Shown here piece by piece: positions 24,691 through 34,064 of a stretch of DNA of 35,335 bases. The translations under genes were made by a program, and so were the position numbers. The notes under the pieces are model-generated. The model had not been told where the DNA came from. It ran no database searches and saw only the letters and a program-made list of their open reading frames with translations. The stretch lies in the IMG/VR virus record IMGVR_UViG_3300022719_000275, positions 1 to 35,335 of that record; one strand, 5' to 3'. Numbering within the stretch: position 1 is the first letter of the stretch; every line of letters begins with the position of its first letter. This DNA is from a virus. Its lineage: Duplodnaviria; Caudoviricetes.

Positions 24691-26313
24691 CTAGCCCCTC
24701 TTGTCTACTATCAATGATAATGTTACGCGTTGAATTGAAGTTACAGAGTCCACGTTATATCTTAGTATGTCACCTTTAGCTAAAGTTGTTGCCCATCCCG
24801 TCAGTGTGGTGTCCTCTGACTTTGTTGCACCTGAAACCGTCGGCACTGCACTTGCAGTAATGCTGTCCGCGTCTGTCGCGGGATAGTTTGCGTACGTGTC
24901 TTTCCAGATGTCAACTGCTATGCTGCCTGATTGATCTGCAAACATTCTGACTGATTTTATTACACAATCAAATGGTATTTCAATGTCTCCCTTTATTCCA
25001 GTTTCTATTACAGCCCCTCCACCATCAATTACAAATGGAATTCCTGCCTGCTCGGTAAAGTATTCTACCCCGGTTCCGGCAGCATCAGTTCGTATTCTCT
25101 GGTATGCATCGCCGTCGGCAAGCTTTGATACTGCTATCCCTGCACTGGCTGAAATGTCTGCGTTTACTATACTTCCCCATGACGCATCAGTGCCGTCTGA
25201 TTTCAGTACAGTGTTTGCAGAACCTATGGCAAGTGCTGCCCATTCTGGTGTAGCATCACCGACTATCAGGTCTCCCCTTGCCACGGTATCAGTAGTTGAA
25301 TCTGTGTGTGTTGCAGAAAGCAGGGCGTGTGATGATCCGCCGCCTTCGTCCTCCCACGATGGAAGACTTGACGATACTTTGAGTACCTGCCCGTTTGCGC
25401 CGATTGGGAGTCTTGTCCATGTGCCGGACCCATTCCTGTGAATCATGTCGCCGTTTGCCTCAGAGGCAATCACAAAGGTTCCTATGTCAACTGCGTTGCT
25501 TGAATCTGTAATCGTCTTGTTAGTTAATGTGTCTGTCGTGTCTTTTCCTATTATGTCGACATTTGAGTCTGGAAGAGTCGCAGTGTACACTGTTGAAGAT
25601 GGATGTCCGGTTGCAAGTGCAAACTTGAATTTCTTTGTATCATCAATGTTATCAACAATCCAGGTCGATCCCTCACGAAAGCTTTTTCCTGATACAGTTA
25701 TTGTGTTGGAAGCATCCAGCAGCGTGGTACCATTCCATAGCAAATTTTTATTGAATGACCCGCTTACGGATAATGCCACATCTAAAATGTCAGCTGGGTC
25801 TCTCCACGCTATTGTGTCAGATGACGCAAGGCGTATTTTCCCGGACTGTGCTGGAAGTGACGTATCTGTGAGTAGTGTGCCAACATTGTCAATCGTCTGC
25901 GAGTTAAAATCAACAGTTGCAGTCGGTACTGCCATCTGGTCAAGCCTGTTTGCCTGAACCCCGGTATCAAAGTCTGATATTGTTGTATGGGCCTGCGCAC
26001 CAGTATGGTTTGCACGTGAAAGTGGGTCTGTGTCCAGGTCGGCTACCTGAAGCTGTGCACCGATGAACTTTGTTCCGTTGTCACGCAGATATTGACCAGC
26101 CGATGGCGCAGCCTGGTCTATTGTATTATCATCTACTGTAATCGTCTTGTTTGTCAGCGTTGATGTCCTGTCATTGCCATGATCAAGCAAGTCGCCTAAT
26201 GTGTCCTGCCTTACCTCGGTGGTTGTAGCTTCTGACATGTCCTCAACTACAAGTATATCCGAGTCCGAAATCGACGGAAGTGTTGTCAGGTCACGCGGTC
26301 TCTTGTTTGACAT
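24691..26313 (-). CDS. Fibre-like structural protein (head fibre candidate)
   Basis: TLTNKTI repeats, GDMI/GDLIV...IGANGQVL modules, beta-rich C-terminal domain; in the head block. Confidence 0.7.
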   Translation of the reverse strand: MSNKRPRDLTTLPSISDSDILVVEDMSEATTTEVRQDTLGDLLDHGNDRTSTLTNKTITVDDNTIDQAAPSAGQYLRDNGTKFIGAQLQVADLDTDPLSRANHTGAQAHTTISDFDTGVQANRLDQMAVPTATVDFNSQTIDNVGTLLTDTSLPAQSGKIRLASSDTIAWRDPADILDVALSVSGSFNKNLLWNGTTLLDASNTITVSGKSFREGSTWIVDNIDDTKKFKFALATGHPSSTVYTATLPDSNVDIIGKDTTDTLTNKTITDSSNAVDIGTFVIASEANGDMIHRNGSGTWTRLPIGANGQVLKVSSSLPSWEDEGGGSSHALLSATHTDSTTDTVARGDLIVGDATPEWAALAIGSANTVLKSDGTDASWGSIVNADISASAGIAVSKLADGDAYQRIRTDAAGTGVEYFTEQAGIPFVIDGGGAVIETGIKGDIEIPFDCVIKSVRMFADQSGSIAVDIWKDTYANYPATDADSITASAVPTVSGATKSEDTTLTGWATTLAKGDILRYNVDSVTSIQRVTLSLIVDKRG

Positions 26314-26314
26314 T

Positions 26315-26623
26315 TTAACCTATATGTAGCTCGCTCTTGATGTCAACTATTGTCGTAAGCGCGGAATCTGTCTCAACTGACGGCCTGTACACAGCATTGC
26401 ATTTTGCCTTTCCTTTTGGCGGGATTCTTTGCGGAATGCTATCTATTGAAACATCATCGTGTGTTTTGATATGCTTAATCGCAAGGATCGGCCATTTCTC
26501 TGACTCATTGTATAGATAGAATGTGATCTCTGACTTACTGCCTATCTCCGTGCGCGGAAAAAGAAACTGCCTTACCGGCGTTGTCAGTGATTCATCCTTG
26601 AATAATTTTAGTAATGATGGCAA
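26315..26623 (-). CDS. Small Ig-like protein
   Basis: FPRTEIG...FYLYNES...IPPKGKA...YRPS pattern. Confidence 0.6.
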   Translation of the reverse strand: MPSLLKLFKDESLTTPVRQFLFPRTEIGSKSEITFYLYNESEKWPILAIKHIKTHDDVSIDSIPQRIPPKGKAKCNAVYRPSVETDSALTTIVDIKSELHIG

Positions 26624-26625
26624 TG

Positions 26626-28404
26626 CTACAGCTTCCTTAGTGCCTCTACTATCTGCCGTCTTTGTTCATTTTTTAGTCTTTCTTTTTCAAGCTTGATTTT
26701 TCTTTCCTCTTCGTCAAGTGTCTCGGAATTGTTTCCAGTATTTGCAAGCCATTCGTTTGCGTCGTCTGGCATTAGCTCGTCTGGAAGATTTCCTGATACG
26801 GAACGGTTTGCGGTAAAGTTGAGCCTTGGGTCAGATGGCTGCGGATTCTGTGCCGCGTTGTTTCCCTGCCATGTTGCATCACTTGACTTTATGTCAAAGT
26901 CACGATTTGATGACGAGAATCCCGGATCATCATATGGTCTCTGTGCGACGTCCTGATTGTGCGTGTCAAAGTTTTGTTGCTGCATGCCAGGCGGGTATAC
27001 GCTTGTATTGTTGTATTCATTTGATAATGACTGTGTGAATTCGTGTCGTAGACCGAGACCAGCATCTTCAAGTAACTGCCTTATCTCGACTGGATCCTGT
27101 ATTGCGCCTGACTGAATTCCTATCTCTAGCATCTTCATGCTTTCTTCTGCCGGTACGTCCCGTTTTTGTATACGTCCAAAATTCAATTCGGGGTTTGCCT
27201 CCTTCCATGGTACTGATACTATCCCGCCTCCGTATTCTGGCACTATGATGCCTCCGTTCATTTCATACCAAGGCTGAAAAAGTTTCTCCTGTAGTTGTTT
27301 TGTAATTGCAAGTGGGAATGATGCTAATCCTAATTCGTCAAGCGCAGCAGATGTCTCGGCGTTTGCATACTGATGTGATGACTCGCTTCCCTGCTTGCCT
27401 GAAAAGTCATTCAGTGCCTTGAATATCTGACCCATTACGGTGTCCATGAACTGGGATGGATCATATGCCCTTGCATTTGTTCCAAGCTCCTGAACTTCGA
27501 CCTTGTTGCCTACGACGATATCCTCTCCTGTGTCCAGGTCTGCCAGGTCACTTGATAATTGTAACCTTTCATCAGCTGATGCATCAGCTGCTACATACAC
27601 GTTATGCGGTGAATATCTTCTTGCTGACAAGTGAGTGAGCATAGCCATTGAATATTTTCTGTCCATGAGTGAGGGCAGTTTCTTTTGCACTGTGCCGGTG
27701 GGGGTTAGATCCTCAAAGTCCTTTGATGCTACCAAGGCTGCCATGAATCCAGTGCCAAATGCTGAGGCATTAATTGGGTTCCATGATAAATGAATGATGT
27801 CTTCTGCGTTGTGGTATCCTTGATATTCCGAACCCCTGAATTCAAACTTGTAGGGAACACGGTTACGATCCCACCAGATACGGACAAATGACGATATAGG
27901 TATGTGCATAATGTCATCGCGGTTTCTAATCTGACTGATTCCCAGCCTGGCTTTCCATACCGAGTTTCCATACGCCAATAGTTCCTTGATCATGATGTTG
28001 TCCAGCCAGTCAAAATCAATGTCTTTTGAGAACTGCGTCATAGTATCCTGAATTTGCTCTATCTCTGACTTCCAGTAATGTTGTCCGCCTGTGATCAAGC
28101 TGGATAATCTATGCAGTCCGTGCTGAATATCCTCGTCTCTTTCAACAAAATAGACTTGCGTAGAATGTGGCACTACCGGTGTGTCAAACGTCTTTGAGGT
28201 GTAGCCCTCCCTGGAATAGTTTCCGACCATGGAGATCTCAGGCCCCCATACTGGTTGTGAGAATCCTGGGCTGTTGAATGCCTGAATCTCTGATAATGAA
28301 ATTGAATTTGCCTGTTTGGGATTGCCAACGCGTTGACTGAACTGTCCTTGCTGACCTGCAAATATACGTGAAAATCCTAGTTTCAGACGGTTGGCAAAGC
28401 CCAT
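26626..28404 (-). CDS. Portal protein
   Basis: KELLAYGNSVW, DIIHLSWNPINASAFGTG, EIRQLL motifs; follows terminase. Confidence 0.85.
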   Translation of the reverse strand: MGFANRLKLGFSRIFAGQQGQFSQRVGNPKQANSISLSEIQAFNSPGFSQPVWGPEISMVGNYSREGYTSKTFDTPVVPHSTQVYFVERDEDIQHGLHRLSSLITGGQHYWKSEIEQIQDTMTQFSKDIDFDWLDNIMIKELLAYGNSVWKARLGISQIRNRDDIMHIPISSFVRIWWDRNRVPYKFEFRGSEYQGYHNAEDIIHLSWNPINASAFGTGFMAALVASKDFEDLTPTGTVQKKLPSLMDRKYSMAMLTHLSARRYSPHNVYVAADASADERLQLSSDLADLDTGEDIVVGNKVEVQELGTNARAYDPSQFMDTVMGQIFKALNDFSGKQGSESSHQYANAETSAALDELGLASFPLAITKQLQEKLFQPWYEMNGGIIVPEYGGGIVSVPWKEANPELNFGRIQKRDVPAEESMKMLEIGIQSGAIQDPVEIRQLLEDAGLGLRHEFTQSLSNEYNNTSVYPPGMQQQNFDTHNQDVAQRPYDDPGFSSSNRDFDIKSSDATWQGNNAAQNPQPSDPRLNFTANRSVSGNLPDELMPDDANEWLANTGNNSETLDEEERKIKLEKERLKNEQRRQIVEALRKL

Positions 28405-28426
28405 TGTGTTTTGTTATATTGTTTGC

Positions 28427-28439
28427 TTAAAGGTGTTAA
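28427..28439 (-). promoter_or_regulatory. Conserved late-type promoter TTAACACCTTTAA
   Basis: Ends ~23 nt upstream of the portal ATG. Confidence 0.75.
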
Positions 28440-28507
28440 TTATCAAATGAACAGTCATCATCATGGTCTTGCATCATACCGCCACATTCGGGGCATGTCC
28501 TACTCAA
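28436..28507 (-). CDS. 23-aa Zn-finger micropeptide
   Basis: MSRTCPECGGMMQDHDDDCSFDN (CxxC...H...C), TTG start. Confidence 0.45.
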   Translation of the reverse strand: MSRTCPECGGMMQDHDDDCSFDN

Positions 28508-28703
28508 TTGTGATCATGCTCTCAGTGTCTAATTGCTTCAGGCACTTGCCACCTTTTCCCCTTCTCTGTCGTGAGATGTAGTGCTCGGGATGAATTGTCT
28601 CTGCACAATCAAAGCAAAGCTGCCACTCAGTCCAGTTGTGGGCGTATGGGTTCTTTGATATTTTCTTGCAGCCTGTGTTATGTCTGTAGCCTAGGCAACG
28701 CAT
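28500..28703 (-). CDS. Cys-rich small protein
   Basis: C...C...CFDC; AT-rich box ~26 nt upstream. Confidence 0.6.
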   Translation of the reverse strand: MRCLGYRHNTGCKKISKNPYAHNWTEWQLCFDCAETIHPEHYISRQRRGKGGKCLKQLDTESMITIE

Positions 28704-28742
28704 ACCGCTAGAAATATGCGATACTCGCTATTTAACTCTTGT

Positions 28743-30545
28743 TTATCTTCTCTTTCTTACCCTTGATATGGTGAAATCGTCACCCTTATAGTTTTCTCCG
28801 GCCACAAAGCAGTATATCTGAGACATCATACTGTCAGGCGGGTGGGAGAATTCCTTTCTTACATTTTGCCTGCGATCCTCTACTGGAGTTTCTGGATTCT
28901 CTTCCAGGTCTTTTCTTGTTAATCTTGGCCACTCTGCAAGAATAAAGTCAATCTGATAATCAAGTTTTGCGGGTATGATGTACGCTGGTCTCTTCATTGA
29001 TTCGTCTGTCGGGTGTTTCGGATGTGCAACATACTGTCCAAACAGGTCTATGAAATTTTGTATTATTGTTGTCTTATCTATCGTTATTTTTGCAAGTTCC
29101 CTGTTTCCCTCGTCTGTTACTTCTTCTGTGAACTGCGTGTAAGGTTTGGACGGGTCTCCTATTGTATTGCATCCCATGAACTTTCTTCTACCGAGTCCCT
29201 CAAATGACTGGTCCTTTGAATCCCTTCCGCCCTTCTGGATGAATGGTATCATGTCTTGACCGTGTCCCCAATCGCCTACCGAGAAATCACACCCAAACGC
29301 CCTGAATGTGTCGGCTATGTGCCTTGCCTTGTCCATGGGGTGATCAGACTGTGGTATCTTCTCTATGTGTGCAATCTGAGTTCTTCGTGACTTGCGCCAG
29401 AATATATTCACTGACAGCACGGTGGTTGGAGTAGTCGTTGAGCTTCCAAAATCCACACCACCAAGTACATGAATTTCATTTCCAAATGTCTGCTTTAACT
29501 CCCTTACCTCTGCAGGCGGCATTAATGAATAGTGCTGGTCCATGCAGTTTCTTATCATTTCTGGCGTGATTGGTCTTCTTTCTGCCTTGTAGTCCTCAGC
29601 TAATGTGTGTGATAGATAAATTGAGCGCGGAAAATGCTTTTCCTGGTATTCTATTGACAGCTCTGCCTGCACATGATAATCATTAATTGCTGATTCTATT
29701 GTCAGTGGTATTGTTGGAACTATTGTCTGCGATATGTGATAACCGCGATACTGTGTGTTTTCAGGCTTTTGTGCTACCCATCTGCCGGCAAGTATTGACT
29801 TTAGCTCCCTAGAATTGTTCGTTATATTTCCCTGTGAATCAAACTTTAGATAGCTTCTCCAGTCAGGATCATCATATATCCATTCCCTTTGATCTGTCCT
29901 ATCCCATAATTTGACATAATCAGAGCCTTGCTCACCTCCAATGCCGAATCCATAGAATCTGCCGTGCGTCTGGGACAGTGTGTATAATGCCTTGTATAGG
30001 AACTCAACATCATGATACTGGAATTCATCGCACACAAGAAGATAGTTTGACTTTCCCTCGACTGCTTTGTATTCTCCCTCGTCTGTCATCAAATAGACTA
30101 CCGACCCTATCTTAGTATTGATTTCTGTAACTGATGCACGTTCGTACGGCAGGAACTGTTTCAGAACAGGATTGGCAAGAAATGTCTCACGCCTGAGCCT
30201 TTGCTTTGAGAATGCTGATCTGTGCGCGTCATTGTCTGCAACATATGATACCTCTGAGCCTGCCATGGTAGTTGCTGCACATGCTATCAAGTCAGATGCA
30301 GTAGTTGTCTTGAATGTCTGTCGCGCACATTTCGCCATGATGTTTGGGTGGTTGTCTTCGTAAATATCCACCCAATAGGGGAAGAGATCAAAGTTACGCT
30401 TACGCCTGCCTATGCAGGGTCTGGCTTTGAATATCCACTGCATCGTGTTTTTTGGCAGTTCTGGCAGTACTATATCGTTACTTTGTATTGAATTAACGTA
30501 TGCCTGAAGACGCGATGGCATTTTAACGGCCATGTGTCTCTGCAT
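28743..30545 (-). CDS. terL: Terminase large subunit
   Basis: ARQTFKTT (atypical Walker A), LLVCDE Walker B, GGVDFG nuclease motif, C-terminal HPPD. Confidence 0.88.
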   Translation of the reverse strand: MQRHMAVKMPSRLQAYVNSIQSNDIVLPELPKNTMQWIFKARPCIGRRKRNFDLFPYWVDIYEDNHPNIMAKCARQTFKTTTASDLIACAATTMAGSEVSYVADNDAHRSAFSKQRLRRETFLANPVLKQFLPYERASVTEINTKIGSVVYLMTDEGEYKAVEGKSNYLLVCDEFQYHDVEFLYKALYTLSQTHGRFYGFGIGGEQGSDYVKLWDRTDQREWIYDDPDWRSYLKFDSQGNITNNSRELKSILAGRWVAQKPENTQYRGYHISQTIVPTIPLTIESAINDYHVQAELSIEYQEKHFPRSIYLSHTLAEDYKAERRPITPEMIRNCMDQHYSLMPPAEVRELKQTFGNEIHVLGGVDFGSSTTTPTTVLSVNIFWRKSRRTQIAHIEKIPQSDHPMDKARHIADTFRAFGCDFSVGDWGHGQDMIPFIQKGGRDSKDQSFEGLGRRKFMGCNTIGDPSKPYTQFTEEVTDEGNRELAKITIDKTTIIQNFIDLFGQYVAHPKHPTDESMKRPAYIIPAKLDYQIDFILAEWPRLTRKDLEENPETPVEDRRQNVRKEFSHPPDSMMSQIYCFVAGENYKGDDFTISRVRKRR

Positions 30546-30942
30546 ATTTCATATTCATTAATGTCGGGCCATCTCCTTGTATTACCCAGCGAGTGTTTAT
30601 TACATCAATCAATTGTTTCATAATCTTTAGCTTCTCATCCGGATCAGTTGTTTTTGAGCGCATAGACTGTAACTCTAATTCTATATCCTGTAGCTGATCT
30701 ATTGTCTTTTTTGTTTCAAATACATAGCCGTCGAGCGTATGACCCGAAAGCCACGTTTTTGCGTTTGTCCTCATCCAGTGCAGGTCGTTTTTTACCTTTG
30801 ATACTGGTGCGCCTATCTGCTGTGCAATCTGCGTTGGTGATATCATTGACTTTGACAGACATAATGATACCTGCTCCCTTCTTTTTATAGTCTGAGCTGC
30901 TGTTCCCAATACAATTATAATCTGTTTGGTTGTTTTTATCAC
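30523..30942 (-). CDS. terS: Terminase small subunit (HTH plus coiled coil)
   Basis: SPTQIAQQIGAPVSKVKNDL HTH; directly upstream of terL; true start may be TTG at 30909. Confidence 0.65.
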   Translation of the reverse strand: MIKTTKQIIIVLGTAAQTIKRREQVSLCLSKSMISPTQIAQQIGAPVSKVKNDLHWMRTNAKTWLSGHTLDGYVFETKKTIDQLQDIELELQSMRSKTTDPDEKLKIMKQLIDVINTRWVIQGDGPTLMNMKYAETHGR

Positions 30943-31243
30943 TTTCTTTTTGTTCTATTAATCGCACATTTTTCACCCAATTCACTGCACCAGCTGGATG
31001 ATGGTATCGTTTCGGGCAGGCGAATTTTTTTAGTATCTTTACCTTGTATGAATATCTGTAACTGTATTTGTTATGTGTTTTCTTGCAGTTTTCCAGGCGA
31101 ATAACCCCAAGGCACTGTTTGTTGTTAGTCAGCAATAGTAATGGCAAACCTAATTTTTTTGTCTTCCAATTGCGGTATTCATGTTTCTTTGAACCGTTTA
31201 TTATTTTTCCTGCAAATGGCTGGCGTATAAACAATCCGTTCAT
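30716..31243 (-). CDS. ASCH-domain protein
   Basis: GLFIRQPFAGKIINGSKKHEYRNWKT signature; C-terminal tail overlaps terS. Confidence 0.8.
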   Translation of the reverse strand: MNGLFIRQPFAGKIINGSKKHEYRNWKTKKLGLPLLLLTNNKQCLGVIRLENCKKTHNKYSYRYSYKVKILKKFACPKRYHHPAGAVNWVKNVRLIEQKESDKNNQTDYNCIGNSSSDYKKKGAGIIMSVKVNDITNADCTADRRTSIKGKKRPALDEDKRKNVAFGSYARRLCI

Positions 31244-31346
31244 TTTATCTTTGTTTCGTTGATTCTCTTCGCTATATTAATCCAGATTCCTTGAATTTTA
31301 TCGTTTCATCATTCATAAGAATTGTATACATGTATAGTATATATAC

Positions 31347-31952
31347 TCAGAGTGAGATCTTGACATTGTCATTAATATACAGTACGTATCCATATTTCAT
31401 GATTGGTGATTTAAGCCTGTGAATCATCTGTCCTCTATCAGATTTATGATTCAGAAACTCGTCGACAGAAACCGCTCTTGTGACCCTGATATAGTACGAG
31501 TATGATTTTGCATGGAAATTCCTATAGTATGCCATGTACCCATATCCCTCAACGAACCTGACGCCTATTTTTCTCCAGGTCTCTTCTATCAATCTTGATG
31601 ACGCACCAATGCCCCGGATGCTTGGATGTAGTACTATTCTTGATATTACCATTGTGTTTTTGTTCAGTACCTGCCCCCTCCTTCTCTGGCTACGAAATCC
31701 TGCCAGCAGTTTTCCCAGTACTGTCCTTTTGCGTGCCGCGAGCGCAAGTGCTGGCATTCCATATATAACTACTCCATACAGAATCTTGTTGTGATACAGT
31801 CCGAAACATCGTCTCTTACCGCCCGGTATTTTAGTATTGATGTAATGAAACTGTGCAAGCTTGTGATATTCCGAGGGGGAAACTTCCATTATCTTGAACT
31901 CGTCACGCAAAAACTTTTTGCTAACTTTTGTCAGATACTTCCACTCTTTCAT
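31347..31952 (-). CDS. Mom-like GNAT acetyltransferase
   Basis: LAQFHY, GVVIYGMP, ISRIVLHPSIRGIGASSRL acyl-CoA loop; start set at MKEWK. Confidence 0.8.
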   Translation of the reverse strand: MKEWKYLTKVSKKFLRDEFKIMEVSPSEYHKLAQFHYINTKIPGGKRRCFGLYHNKILYGVVIYGMPALALAARKRTVLGKLLAGFRSQRRRGQVLNKNTMVISRIVLHPSIRGIGASSRLIEETWRKIGVRFVEGYGYMAYYRNFHAKSYSYYIRVTRAVSVDEFLNHKSDRGQMIHRLKSPIMKYGYVLYINDNVKISL

Positions 31953-32580
31953 GATATTCCTTGAAGATATTATAGTCCGCGTGCAGGTATTCAATGAGAT
32001 CATCATGTGCCGAGGCAAGAATGAATGTGATTGCAAATGAATCCCGGAGCCTTGGTATGTTGTTTGCCACTGCTTTTGCTGACGTCCTGTCCAGTGTAGC
32101 GCAGAACTCGTCAAATATTATGATTCTATGTGCTGCCTTGCTCTTACTGAGTGTCATTATGCTGTGATACAGAATAAACCTGAATTTTTCACCGTCTGAC
32201 AGCTCATCATACCTGGATATGAATTTCCATGCCTCACCGAGTCCGCAATTGGCAAGAATTGACAGCCTTTCATCCGATGGTGTGTCCGTGAAGAATTCTA
32301 TCAATGGTTTGTTCTCAATGGACAGTTCCTGCCATTTTTCTATGTAGATTATGTGATGATCATCAGTATCCTTCAGCTGCCTGTGAATCTCTTTCAGTAT
32401 TGATGACTTGCCGCTTCCAGAATATCCGCAGATGTAGTATATTTTCCCGTCATGTATTTCCAGATCAAAGTCTTTTACTACTGTGTTGTTTTTTATCGTG
32501 TCCAGTCCGAATGCATCGAGAATCTTTTGTGTATCCTTGTTTTTCACAAATTTTTGATCATATCTAATATCAATCTTCAT
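31921..32580 (-). CDS. Soluble ABC-type ATPase
   Basis: GYSGSGKS, LSDGEKFR, IIIFDEF, SAHDD; no permease nearby. Confidence 0.9.
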   Translation of the reverse strand: MKIDIRYDQKFVKNKDTQKILDAFGLDTIKNNTVVKDFDLEIHDGKIYYICGYSGSGKSSILKEIHRQLKDTDDHHIIYIEKWQELSIENKPLIEFFTDTPSDERLSILANCGLGEAWKFISRYDELSDGEKFRFILYHSIMTLSKSKAAHRIIIFDEFCATLDRTSAKAVANNIPRLRDSFAITFILASAHDDLIEYLHADYNIFKEYHERVEVSDKS

Positions 32581-33157
32581 GTGATTCGACCAGCTTAAGC
32601 AATGCAGTTTCCTTGTTTATGTCTAATGATTTTAGCTTTTGAAGTATGGTCTCATACTCCGTGATACTCGTAAACTCAAAGTTTATACGAAATTTTTCAC
32701 CAATCACAATCTCATCTTCTATTGCCTGTTGCGGTTTGGAGTCTGAATCCACGGGAATCTTGAAATCATCAAGATTCATCTCAAAGGGCTCAATGTCAAT
32801 GGGTTTCATTTCGCTGAGCAGTATCTCGACGTTTTGCTGTATCCAGTGGGATTCTGCAAGTAGGTTGTCACGTAGAACTATCTTGTGTTTTTCTGATTTT
32901 GTGAGATTGTATAGTGTTATTGCAGGTATTGTTTTTTCTCCCAGTTCTGTCATGGCCTGGACTCTTCCATGTCCAGCCAATATCTGGTTTTTTTCATCGA
33001 TTATTATGGGATATGTATAGCCTATTTTTTTGTCTGCCATCATGCGCTTGAGATCATTAATTTGCTCTGGCGGATGCTCCTTCACATTTTTGGAGTATGG
33101 TTTGAGTCTGGATATGGGTACAAGTTTAGGCTTGTTTTTGTTTATCATATTATTCAT
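32570..33157 (-). CDS. ParB/Srx-like domain protein
   Basis: LKPYSKNVKEH...PIIID...ILAGHGRVQA; start uncertain (33148-33184). Confidence 0.88.
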   Translation of the reverse strand: MNNMINKNKPKLVPISRLKPYSKNVKEHPPEQINDLKRMMADKKIGYTYPIIIDEKNQILAGHGRVQAMTELGEKTIPAITLYNLTKSEKHKIVLRDNLLAESHWIQQNVEILLSEMKPIDIEPFEMNLDDFKIPVDSDSKPQQAIEDEIVIGEKFRINFEFTSITEYETILQKLKSLDINKETALLKLVESHED

Positions 33158-33229
33158 TCTAATCTCCCTAGACATAATATACATATGTAAGTTAAATCAA
33201 TTTAGATTAACTATGCCTCAAGTGGTATC

Positions 33230-33320
33230 AAATTTTTCACCAATCACAATCTCATCTTCTATTGCCTGTTCCGGTTTGGAGTCTGAATCCACGGGAATCT
33301 TGATGATTTCAAGATTTATC
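33230..33320. repeat. ~91-bp near-identical copy of 32690..32780 (ParB-gene fragment)
   Basis: Offset 540; two substitutions and one 5-nt inversion. Confidence 0.9.
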
Positions 33321-33515
33321 CAGGTCTGACGGCGGTCCGGGATGGTATATTGAGCCCTTGATCTCTACCTTGGTCATTCTATTGCATAAGTCATCAAGTT
33401 TTCTTTCTACCATTCTTTGGAATGAGTTTCTTTCCTTGAGTGTGAAAATTAGCAATGGTGTGGTTATTGCTACTACGAAAGACAGTACAGGAACGAGAAA
33501 ATCATGGTATGCCAT
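33309..33515 (-). CDS. Single-TM protein with coiled-coil tail
   Basis: FLVPVLSFVVAITTPLLIFTL; promoter ACTCTTTTAAA at 33540-33550. Confidence 0.7.
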   Translation of the reverse strand: MAYHDFLVPVLSFVVAITTPLLIFTLKERNSFQRMVERKLDDLCNRMTKVEIKGSIYHPGPPSDLDKS

Positions 33516-33569
33516 TTCAAAATGTGTGTGAAGTTATGATTTAAAAGAGTTTAAGTTGAAAAAAGGAGG

Positions 33570-33782
33570 TTATTGGGGCTCTGCCCTTCTGAAATAGAAC
33601 TGTGTGACAAGTACCATCCCAGCTGACATTATTCCCAATAGCACCGTCAAAACTGGATTTTCCTGGGTCAGTCCCCTTTCTACGGAATAGAAGAGAAATG
33701 AAAAGTATCCCAACACGTAGATCAATGCGAGTATGTTCCTGATGTTCCAGAATTTTGATATTGCTGTCGGTTGTGTACTCAT
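33570..33782 (-). CDS. Two-TM holin-like protein
   Basis: Two hydrophobic helices ending VTQFYFRR; promoter ACTCTTTTAAA at 33805-33815. Confidence 0.7.
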   Translation of the reverse strand: MSTQPTAISKFWNIRNILALIYVLGYFSFLFYSVERGLTQENPVLTVLLGIMSAGMVLVTQFYFRRAEPQ

Positions 33783-33884
33783 GAAATTGAGTTTAGTTGT
33801 TATGTTTAAAAGAGTATTGACGGCTCAGATTTCACTTTTTCTCCATACTGGATGTTGTACAATAAGCTTTATTGTCAGCCAGGC

Positions 33885-34064
33885 TTAGCTTGTGTGGCTC
33901 GACCTGCTGTAGAACTTCTTCATCGCCTGTATTTCATCGATTATATCGTTTAATATGAATGCTAGTCTCTGCTCGATTGGTGTCAGTGCCACGCCTCTGT
34001 ATGAGTACTGTGTAGTTTTACCCTTGTGACCCTTATATGGTTTTAGTTGTATCTTTCTAGTCAT
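33885..34064 (-). CDS. Hypothetical protein (59 aa)
   Basis: MTRKIQLKPYKGHKGKTTQYSYRGVALTPIEQRLAFILNDII...; overlaps the upstream stop. Confidence 0.55.
   Translation of the reverse strand: MTRKIQLKPYKGHKGKTTQYSYRGVALTPIEQRLAFILNDIIDEIQAMKKFYSRSSHTS

Noticed and set aside
30716-30942. ASCH C-terminal extension as a functional overprinted domain
   Set aside because: The ASCH pattern ends near WVKNV; the rest overlaps terS without motifs and is more simply a lost stop.
31953-32114. N-terminal 54 aa of the 255-aa GNAT ORF
   Set aside because: Fully overlaps the ATPase Walker B/H-loop region in another frame; start MKEWK (31952) is more plausible.
31921-32580. ABC ATPase as a transporter or auxiliary metabolic gene
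   Set aside because: No permease or binding protein nearby; coupled to GNAT and ParB-like genes instead.
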